DNA of 64,000 bases from Bacteroidia bacterium (lineage in GTDB: Bacteria > Bacteroidota > Bacteroidia > M30B66). Location of the stretch: assembly GCA_965279035.1 (NCBI GenBank), contig OZ257142.1, positions 3,232,001-3,296,000 on the forward strand, given 5' to 3'. The position numbers and the translations under genes were made by a program. Below are positions 49,633 through 58,000 of the stretch, piece by piece; positions within the stretch are counted from its first letter, which is position 1; each line of letters begins with the position of its first letter. The notes beneath the pieces are model-generated. The model did not search any database. It was not told the DNA's origin and saw only the letters and a program-made list of their open reading frames with translations.

Positions 49633-50115
49633 TCATAATGGCATCGGTTTAGTGCATGCACTACATAGGTCGTGTTCTACCCATGAGCATGGTTCGCCTG
49701 TACGTTGAATACAATCTCTACAATCATCATCGACGCATCCGCAGCGACGACAAATACCAGGAGTCATTTCAAACTTTACTTGAACATCATAAGTCCTAGA
49801 TTTAAGATCGTATCCTAAAACAAAAACAAATGCTCCAGATTGAATTTGATAGCTTTTACACACAAATTTTGAAGCTTCATAAAATGATTTGTTCTCGGAT
49901 CGATTCATGTAAACTGCAGCATAAGCATTGCAGTGACGCACCAAATTATCACACACATCATCTACACTCATTCGAACACCAATTAGTCGATTAAGCTTTC
50001 GCTCTCCTTCTGCCCAAGTGTGTTTTATAACCTGATTAAAAAATTCAAAATTCGCACCATACTTGGTGTATGAAATTTTCGCAGCTGGAGCAATTGGAGT
50101 TTTAAATGCCATCAT
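49633..50115 (-). CDS. Protein with C-terminal Cys-rich metal-binding domain
   Basis: CRRCGCVDDDCRDC..CSWVEHDLCSAC. Confidence 0.65.
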   Translation of the reverse strand: MMAFKTPIAPAAKISYTKYGANFEFFNQVIKHTWAEGERKLNRLIGVRMSVDDVCDNLVRHCNAYAAVYMNRSENKSFYEASKFVCKSYQIQSGAFVFVLGYDLKSRTYDVQVKFEMTPGICRRCGCVDDDCRDCIQRTGEPCSWVEHDLCSACTKPMPL

Positions 50116-51722
50116 GCTTTCACCGGATTTAATTCGCTCAACTTTTCCTGCAGGCGATTATTTTTCTTTTCGTAAAATCCTCCAACTTCAGATTTAATGG
50201 AGGTAAGATCTACTCCTAATATTTCAGCAATTTGGAAGCGCATTAGTCCCCATTCTTTCAAGCTCCAATCTGAACTGTAATTATTTTCCAGATAGTCATG
50301 AATAAATGAAGCGAGTACAAGATTTACGAAATTTGTATTTCGAATACAGTGATTAACAAGCTCAATGCGAGCTTCCATTTTTTCGTCAGAATATTCATAA
50401 ATAGTGCGGCCATAAACTTTAAAAATTTGAACCTCAGTTGATCGGTTCATTAGATTTAAAGCTAAAATCAATGTGTTTTTTAATATATCTGCAGCATGAT
50501 CACTTATTAATAAAATCTTGCTGTTTTCCGGACTATAAATAAATACCGAAGCTGCTGCTTCTTTAACTTTTTCAGAAATCTTAATTACTTCAAGCTCTTT
50601 ATTGCGCTCCAGTTGAGATTCAATTTGTTTAACTGGATCCCGATCTACTTCTTTTGCTTTAAATGAAGTTTTCTCTTTGCAGCCTTTTCCGTCGCTGCAC
50701 ATAAAACAAATTCTACCTGGCTCTTTATCTAGTGAAATAACATTTGAACACGAATCACACGAGTCCTTTTTGGTCCTCAAATAAGTATGCTGCTCTAGTG
50801 CTTTGGGGAAAATTTTCAACCAGTTCTTATCCTTCCCTGGAGCACTATCACGATTCCAATAAACGGGAATAATGCTTTCCACGTTTTTTTCAAAAAAAGC
50901 TTGCATTTTCAATTGGATACCAGCAATTAGTTTTTCTGAAAAACATTGGCCATCAAAACAGCGATCTACATTTTGAATGTCTGGAAATAGTGTGGTATTA
51001 AATCCTGATCGTTTCGGACAATTCGTACAAGCTCCCGCTGAAGGAATCAATGTTTCGTCTTGCGTTGAAAACGGAGCTTTACTTAAGTTTCGAATAAAAT
51101 TATCCTCGATAGATTTCTGAAGCTGAATTAACGTAGGGATTTCCCCTTGCCATTTAAATTTCGAAAGTTTGTCCTGGTCTTCTTCAGAAAGACGGCAAAT
51201 TTCAAGTGCATGCGTTACCGGCAATTCATTTGACCAGGCGCGCTTTTTAAACTCATTTGAAAGGCTATTTAACTTTAATCTGCGCGCAATATATTCTGGG
51301 CGCTTATTAAGACGCTCAGCAATCATTTGGTGACTCATTGAACGTTGAGTATGCATTACTTCAAAAGCTGCTGCCTCATCCATGTAATGCACGTCTTTTC
51401 GTTGAAGGTTTTCAATGATCTGTATTTCGAAAACTTGTTCATCTGTTAGTTCACGAATTCGGCAAAGAATGAATTCGAGTCCTGCAAACTTGTGAGCTCG
51501 CAGACGGCGATCGCCGACCACCAATTCATAAAAGCTTGATTTGCCTTTCTTAACCGGTCGAACTACAATTGGCTCAATTAAACCATGAGACACAATTGTT
51601 CCAGCAAGCTCCTGAATCTCCTCCTGGTCAAATTGAGATCTAGGGTTTGTCTTAGAATTTACAATGCTTTTAACACTCAGCTTTTCAAGCTTTAGTTCAT
51701 CATCAATCATTAAAATGTCCAT
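50112..51722 (-). CDS. ParB/Spo0J-family protein (PRTRC-ParB-like Cys cluster), no ParA nearby
   Basis: NPRSQFD; GLIEPIVVR; VGDRRLRA; IENLQRKD; HTH; CTNCPKRS..C..C. Confidence 0.85.
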   Translation of the reverse strand: MDILMIDDELKLEKLSVKSIVNSKTNPRSQFDQEEIQELAGTIVSHGLIEPIVVRPVKKGKSSFYELVVGDRRLRAHKFAGLEFILCRIRELTDEQVFEIQIIENLQRKDVHYMDEAAAFEVMHTQRSMSHQMIAERLNKRPEYIARRLKLNSLSNEFKKRAWSNELPVTHALEICRLSEEDQDKLSKFKWQGEIPTLIQLQKSIEDNFIRNLSKAPFSTQDETLIPSAGACTNCPKRSGFNTTLFPDIQNVDRCFDGQCFSEKLIAGIQLKMQAFFEKNVESIIPVYWNRDSAPGKDKNWLKIFPKALEQHTYLRTKKDSCDSCSNVISLDKEPGRICFMCSDGKGCKEKTSFKAKEVDRDPVKQIESQLERNKELEVIKISEKVKEAAASVFIYSPENSKILLISDHAADILKNTLILALNLMNRSTEVQIFKVYGRTIYEYSDEKMEARIELVNHCIRNTNFVNLVLASFIHDYLENNYSSDWSLKEWGLMRFQIAEILGVDLTSIKSEVGGFYEKKNNRLQEKLSELNPVKA

Positions 51723-51743
51723 TATCAAAGGGATTTTAAGTGA

Positions 51744-51771
51744 ATAAAACCGCCCACACTTTGTGGGCGGT
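51744..51771 (-). terminator. Intrinsic terminator between the tRNA region and parB
   Basis: ACCGCCCACA-aag-TGTGGGCGGT followed by TTTAT. Confidence 0.75.
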
Positions 51772-51943
51772 GGCGCTGTTTCTAACAGATGCATCGCTGC
51801 AGCTGCTGGGAGTTTTCGAATATGAGCCTTAACGTTTCAAACTGATGTGTTTGCCAAACCATCAGAGTTATATCCAAGATTTCTGCTCACTCATCCTGGC
51901 CGAAATCGATTCTACTACTCCCCTCTCGTTTTTGGTAGATATG

Positions 51944-52017
51944 TAGCGGGAGCCGGACTCGAACCGGCGACCTTTGGGTTATGAGCCCAACGAGTTGACC
52001 ATCTGCTCCACCCCGCA
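51944..52017 (-). tRNA. Initiator tRNA-fMet (CAT), CCA not encoded
   Basis: TGCGGGG..GGGCTCATAACCC..GGTTCGAGTCC..TCCCGCTA; 1:72 mismatch, A11:U24, three consecutive G:C pairs in the anticodon stem. Confidence 0.93.
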
Positions 52018-52051
52018 TTGTGCGTACTAATAAAGAACGTAAGGGCAGGAA

Positions 52052-52522
52052 TTAACCCTGCCCTTTGGATAATGGGGCGGTTGAAACCCGGATGTTAAAA
52101 ATGTAATCTTCAAACATGGTTGAAGACATAACAGAATTGGACTGGAGATAAAAATCTGCCCTGTTTTCAAGTTCATCACGAACTTCTGACCAGGCAAGTC
52201 GATTGCTTTCGAAATTCATTTCAAGTCGTTGGACTGTTTGTGAATCTTGAAAATCAATTACTGCAGCATTGTATAGTTTCTCAATTTGCTTGTATTGAGC
52301 ATAAAGACTGCGCTCCAAGCTTTCAAGCATTTCAATAGAAAATGCGCTGAAACATTCAGGCTCGCGTTTAAAGTGATTCAATTCCATATCAAAGGGCTTT
52401 GGTTTTGAATTAATTAGGAGTTGCTTGACGACTAGTGCGAGCTCTTCCATGGGCATGACCAAAATCAGATTCCGATTTAGGCTTAACGAGCTTTGCTCTT
52501 TTGGCCAATCGAACGATATCAA
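52052..52522 (-). CDS. Early hypothetical protein (true start probably later, e.g. MPMEEL)
   Basis: Helical ORF downstream of the cro-like gene. Confidence 0.5.
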   Translation of the reverse strand: MISFDWPKEQSSLSLNRNLILVMPMEELALVVKQLLINSKPKPFDMELNHFKREPECFSAFSIEMLESLERSLYAQYKQIEKLYNAAVIDFQDSQTVQRLEMNFESNRLAWSEVRDELENRADFYLQSNSVMSSTMFEDYIFNIRVSTAPLSKGQG

Positions 52523-52730
52523 TTTCGATCAAGTCTTCAATATTGCAAGGGAAATAGGTGTTGAAATATCTAACTGCTTTAACTGCAGCAGAAGCCATCA
52601 TATCTCTTTTGGGATCATTAATCGTTACCCTTACCCAGCTTTCGGATAAACTACAAGCATTGGCCAGTTCTTTAATAACATCAGTACTTTTTTTCGGAAC
52701 CCGATAAACTAAATCAGCGAGATGGTTCAT
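52410..52730 (-). CDS. Cro-like HTH regulator
   Basis: ELANACSLSESWV helix-turn-helix; divergent from cI. Confidence 0.6.
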   Translation of the reverse strand: MNHLADLVYRVPKKSTDVIKELANACSLSESWVRVTINDPKRDMMASAAVKAVRYFNTYFPCNIEDLIEIDIVRLAKRAKLVKPKSESDFGHAHGRARTSRQATPN

Positions 52731-52761
52731 ATAATTTTATACATTCGTTGGTTAAATGTTA

Positions 52762-52813
52762 CAAAAGTAACGCGTTGACACAATTGTAGACAAATGAAAC
52801 ACAATTGTGGACA
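52762..52813. promoter_or_regulatory. Immunity switch: leftward promoter overlapped by two operators ACACAATTGTRGACA
   Basis: -7 TACTTTTG (52762-52769) and -33 TTTG (52791-52794) on the minus strand; repeats at 52778-52792 and 52799-52813 with palindromic ACAATTGT core. Confidence 0.7.
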
Positions 52814-52859
52814 TCCTGCAAGTTTTGTAGCCACTAATTATTAACACATCGTTAATGAA

Positions 52860-53276
52860 ATGAACATTACGCACAAAATCAAAGAGATACAGAGATACTA
52901 TAATCTCAGCATTCGAGAATTAGCAGATCGATCTGGTGTAGGAAGAGGCGCGATTCAAACCTATGTTAAAGAAGGACCTGATAGAAAGCCATCAGCACCA
53001 TCAATAGATGCTGTTTTGAGTATTTTAAAGGCTTTCCCTGAAATTAACACTGATTGGTTTCTTTTTGATGAAGGAGAAATGATTAAAAAGAACAACGTAC
53101 AAGCAATTGATAATAAAACAGAACCTGCTACAATTGTTGACACGTCAGAGTTAAGCAAAAAATACACAACTGTGTTGGAGGATCTCAATGAAGCTCGTAA
53201 GGAGTTAATAGAATGTTTGAAGGGGCATCCTGAAGGACTACCACCATTGAGACCAACTAAGAAAGTGCTTGGCTGA
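52860..53276 (+). CDS. CI-like XRE repressor without S24 peptidase domain
   Basis: LSIRELADRSGVGRGAI HTH; FPEINTDWFLFDEGEM; coiled-coil C-terminus. Confidence 0.82.
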   Translation: MNITHKIKEIQRYYNLSIRELADRSGVGRGAIQTYVKEGPDRKPSAPSIDAVLSILKAFPEINTDWFLFDEGEMIKKNNVQAIDNKTEPATIVDTSELSKKYTTVLEDLNEARKELIECLKGHPEGLPPLRPTKKVLG

Positions 53277-53334
53277 CTGTGCGAGAATGTGGAATGTAAG
53301 TAATTAAAGCGCTAGAAATCAATTAAATATTAAA

Positions 53335-53374
53335 AGCGACACTTTAAGCATAAAAAATAAGTCATTAGCGACAC
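53335..53374 (+). repeat. Putative integrase arm-type sites AGCGACAC x2
   Basis: At 53335-53342 and 53367-53374; match the repeats near attL. Confidence 0.6.
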
Positions 53375-53415
53375 GCTTAAATAACTGATTATCAATTGAA
53401 AAAGAAACTATCCAA

Positions 53416-53440
53416 CGGGTTCGACTCCCGCCGGCTCCAC
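53416..53440 (+). repeat. attR core (duplicated ssrA 3' end)
   Basis: Identical to 13687-13711. Confidence 0.95.
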
Positions 53441-53444
53441 TATT

Positions 53445-53487
53445 AAGACTTGTAATTACTTTTAATCAAGTAATTACAAGTCTTTTT
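53445..53487 (+). terminator. Probable original host ssrA terminator displaced by integration
   Basis: AAGACTTGTAATTACTT-ttaatc-AAGTAATTACAAGTCTT followed by T-tract. Confidence 0.8.
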
Positions 53488-53909
53488 AAATTTATTTTAG
53501 CCCAAATTTAGTCCCCATTTTAAATATTACTCAAAATTTCCTTACTTCAATTCTATACTAAAAACAATCCCACAACACTTTTAACATTTTAGCAAGATTG
53601 TTATCTCAAAATTCACTATGAGATAAGAGGTATTTGAATATTTTCCTGTTTGCTAGATCTCATTTTTCGTGAACAATACGAAATAATAACTTATCAATTT
53701 GAAGTATCAAACAAAAGAACAATTTAAAGGAATTTAGTAAAGTACTACTCAATATAAATTAACAGAGGCTTATAATAACACAGCTGAATCGATATTAGAG
53801 CAATTTGCTAAGTTTAGGTTAATTCCATCATGTTATTTCTGTTTCATTTATCTTTTCCACTAAACAATTCTCTAATCTCAGTTTAATTGTGAAACAATAT
53901 CTTTTGTAT

Positions 53910-53967
53910 AGGTCTTTTTCACGTATGAAACAAGGTCTTTTTCACGTATGAAACAAGGTCTTTTTCA
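53910..53967. repeat. 23-bp tandem repeat, 2.5 copies
   Basis: AGGTCTTTTTCACGTATGAAACA x2 plus AGGTCTTTTTCA. Confidence 0.9.
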
Positions 53968-54559
53968 AGTAATTATATTTAAGAAAAAACACTTCCTTTA
54001 ATGCAATTATTTGTTAATACCAGAATAATCAATTGTAGGATTCAATCAAATGAGTTTGAATGGAAACTGTAATCGTATTACTTATTTAAGGAGGCAAAAA
54101 ATATTGAATCAGAATATGTCACTTGGATGTGGAATGAAGATGAAATCAATGGAGCAAGAATGCTTATTATTTATTTAATGTCTACATCAGGAGTTTAATT
54201 CTAATTTGTGTAAAGTTTATCAATTATACATAATATAGTATTTTGCTATCATTGAAATATTGAAATAAGATAATTAAAATAAAAAATGAATTCTTGTTCC
54301 AATACTTGCATAATATACATTAAAAAGGCTCAACATATATACGTATTTATATACTATATTATTCATACAAATATTATTTATCTATTTCGTCAAGTATTTC
54401 ATATTTCAGCCATTCTATTATGAATGCATTGAATCTATGTAACATACGAAATAAATAATTGAAATTTGATGTGTTAAGAAATAGTAAATTTGTTATTTTG
54501 CACTTGCATATTAAAATTATTATTATTTATTTAGTTTAACATTTCTAAATTATAGTCAC

Positions 54560-55007
54560 ATGAAGAATTTCCTTTATTATTATATTACTGTGTGCTTCAT
54601 TTTTATTTACAACAACAGTTTTAGCGCAAACAAATTCTATTTCTAGAATTCAAATCAGAACACCATTAATATCAACAGATACTGCTAGTGTTCCCTCATC
54701 GAATGGTGGCGATTCTTTAATTGTATCAGAAACTAAAACATTATCCTTCGAAGTTGCAGATACATCAGATATAACTACAATTCAAATAAGACTTGGAAGC
54801 AATCTGAATGGCTCAGATCTATATAATCAATCCTTTTCTTTTAATAGTCTTAGCACTATTTCATCTACCATTTGGTTTAAGCGTAAAGGGATTATTTGCT
54901 CAGCTGGAATAGGCAATTGGGTAAACAGAAGAGATTGCTATTTAATTATCGATGCTAAAAATGCTGCGGGAACAACTGTAGCTCTTTATGCAGGTAAAGC
55001 ATATTGA
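54560..55007 (+). pseudogene. Exported ~148-aa protein gene frameshifted just after its ATG (or using a non-canonical start)
   Basis: ATG frame stops after 28 codons; the +1 frame is open 54564-55007 and encodes RISFIIILLCASFLFTTTVLA-QTNS.. (signal peptide); absent from the ORF track. Confidence 0.6.
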
Positions 55008-55040
55008 AAATTTCAAATTCATTATTTTAAAAATTATCCC

Positions 55041-58000
55041 ATGAAAAATTGCCTACTCCTTCTATTTGCTTTTATTATTAGCCAATGTGCTTTTGCAACA
55101 TCAAAAACATGGACAGGTTCAGTTAGTTCCAATTGGAGTAATTCTTCAAATTGGAGCCCATCATATATACCCAATTTAGGGGACAGTGTTTATATTCACT
55201 CTGCCACTAATACCCCTGTTCTAACTGACAATTCGTATTGTAATACGTTAATATTGACAAGCGGGGCAGTGCTCGATTTAGGTGGTAATAATTTTTCGCA
55301 AAGTGGCAATTTGATTATGAATGATGCCACCATTAAAAATGGAATTTTACAATTAAATGGTTTGATAAATTATCCAACAATTACATTAGTAAACTCAGAA
55401 TTTGATGTTATAATTTCAGGGACTATTGGAACTTTAACTGCTTCAAATAGTGTTTTTAAAAAGTCAAACACATTTAATATCAGAAGCAATTCCCCAAGTT
55501 ATTGTGGAGGAAATACATTTGAAAAACCAACTCATATTTCCAACAATGGTTCAGGTGAATTATTTTTTGGCTTTAATGCACCAGATACATTTCAAGATAG
55601 TGTATTTATTGATGCTCAAGATTTAATTACGAGTTCTACTGGCGATATTCATATGGCCTATAACTCTTCATCTAATGAATTTAATGGGTTTTGTCAATTT
55701 GAATTAAATTCTCAATCTTCAATTTATTTCTGCGAAGGTGCCGATACTGCTTCAGTCGATTTTTTTGCACAGGTATTGATTGGAGTAGCTGTTAATTCTC
55801 AAGCTATTGAATTTTCTAGAAATGCTCACTTTCATTCAGGAGCACCATTGGAACTTTCCAATTTAGGATGGATATCAGGTGAATTACGGTTGATGGGTGT
55901 TACAATGGATGATTCTTTGTCAATTGTTATGGATGAAAATGAAAAAGGTAATTCTATACTTATTGATAATGGAAGTGTTTTTTCCTCTATAGTTAATTGC
56001 ACAGCACAATCGATTTATTTGGGTGAAGCGACTTTTAATGACAGTACAACTTTTGTTAAAACTGGTGATGAAACTAATCAGCCACATTATGGGCATATAA
56101 TAGCTAATGCTCCTTTTTCACTAAGTAATACTGGAACAGGTTCCTTTATTACTTCATACAGCGACTCCTGTTCATTTCGTTCTGATCTTACCTTGATTAA
56201 TACCGACGAAGGTTCCATAGATATTGCAAGTAATGGATTACTAAAAATTGGAGGGGATTTAAAAATTAGCACTTCTGCTGGACGAGTTGCCTTAGGAGAA
56301 TACTCAACTGATACCAATAGTGTTCAAGGAAATATTGATTTGAATTGTAATGGTGGTTTGGTCGTATTGGGGATGATTAAACAAAGTAGTGGTACAATCA
56401 ACACGACTTCATTTGCAAATTCCGAATTAGATCTATTGGGCTTTCGATCAACCAATTCGGATAGTTTAATTTTTACAGGATCCGATAATTCGCGCCTTGT
56501 ATTGAACCAATGCCAAATTCAAGGACCATTCAACGTTGAACTTCCATCAATCGTAACCAATGGAGGAATTTATAATGGAAACACTCTATTTCACAAAACG
56601 GGAAGCGATTATGACCAAGGTGGTGGAAGTATGGTGTTTCATGGAAAAGCTCATTTCAAAACCAGTTCTGATGGATATTTTCTGTTAAATTATGATGCTT
56701 CCAACAACCAATTTTGGGATGATTTAATCATCGAATGTATAGGTGATGGAAAAGTGATGACAGCTAGTGATGGTAGCTCTGATTTATACAAAAATCTTGA
56801 ATTTAGAGGTAGTACAACTCCTGATCTTATTCAAGGAAGTGCTATGAATTTTGTTGGTAGTGAGAATCAACATATTTTGTCAACTGGCTCCATTAGCGAT
56901 TTTTCAATGGCGACTTTACTGGTTGAAAAGCCATTTGGTGAACTAATTATTGAAGTTCCACTTCACATTCAAAATGAATTAAACCTCAGTAAAGGGATTA
57001 TTCAATTAAGTGATTCAAATTCACTCTTTCTTGATTCTTTAACAATCGTTTCCTTTGGTAGTGATTCTTCCTATGTTGAAGGAGCAATAAGTAGAACAGG
57101 AACAAGCGAATTTACTTTTCCTACTGGTGGCAATGGGCAATATGCTCCAATTAGTATTGAAGCAGTTTCAAGCAGTACAACTTTTAAAGCTTCATATATT
57201 GGTAACGACCCTAACAGCTTATATTCAAGATCTAGCAAAGATTCAACATTAGGTTTTGTAAACCGTTGTGGTTATTGGAAACTAGAGCGTATTGCGGGCA
57301 CAGGAACAACCAAAGCCACATTGGGTTGGAGTAATAATCCGTGTTTTAGTTCTAATCCAGTTGATGCTAAAATAGCTCTATGGGATGGAAGCCATTGGAA
57401 AGACAAAGGCAATGGCGCTTACTCAGGCAATAGCACGGCTGGAAATGCTCAAATGAGCAATAGCTTTGCAAGCTATCCGGCGATTATTGATGTAACGGGT
57501 GTATGTGGATTAACGGCAGGTTTAAGTGCTAACAGAGACACGCTCTATTCAGGATATCTTGCCACTATCACTGCAACACCTACTAATCAAAGCAATTATA
57601 AGTTCTATGTCAATAATGTCTTAAAACAAGACAGCTCAATCTCTCAATTTAAAACGCATACACTTGTCAATGGAGATAGTGTAAAATTATTAGTGGCGAA
57701 TATGGATGGGTGTGAAAGTTATCATACAAAATCTATATATTTAATAACTCCTCCACTATTGCTAAATCCTAATTTATTTTCAAATGATTCAATTCAAGTT
57801 TTTGCAAAAGATTCAATATTAAGTGACACATCAATTCATGTCTATATTAGCGGAAATACTTTATCGAAATTCAAAAGTCAAACATGTTATCAATCTCATG
57901 GCTTATTTGATAATGATTTAGTTAATATTTCAAATAAATATGATTCATTGAATTTAATTCAATCAAGAATAAATATTGATAAAGGAATACCAATAGAAGG

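Larger units (their letters stand above)
13687..53440. mobile_element. Apparently complete temperate tailed prophage (siphovirus-like) integrated in the 3' end of ssrA
   Basis: 25-bp terminal direct repeat; integrase at left end; cI/cro at right end; capsid, terminase, portal, lysis and tape-measure genes present; no separate tail-sheath gene seen. Confidence 0.95.

Noticed and set aside
51723-51794. N-terminal extension of ParB in the ORF track
   Set aside because: It runs through a terminator hairpin; the start at 51722 or just after fits the ParB domain
53416-53440. Possible second tRNA/tmRNA gene
   Set aside because: Only the T-arm and acceptor 3' strand are present; it is attR
52860-53440. 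Integration-dependent immunity through att inside the repressor gene
   Set aside because: cI stops at 53276, about 140 nt before the att core, so its C-terminus is not altered by integration
53910-53967. Possible CRISPR array
   Set aside because: Repeats are head-to-tail with no spacers, and there are no cas genes
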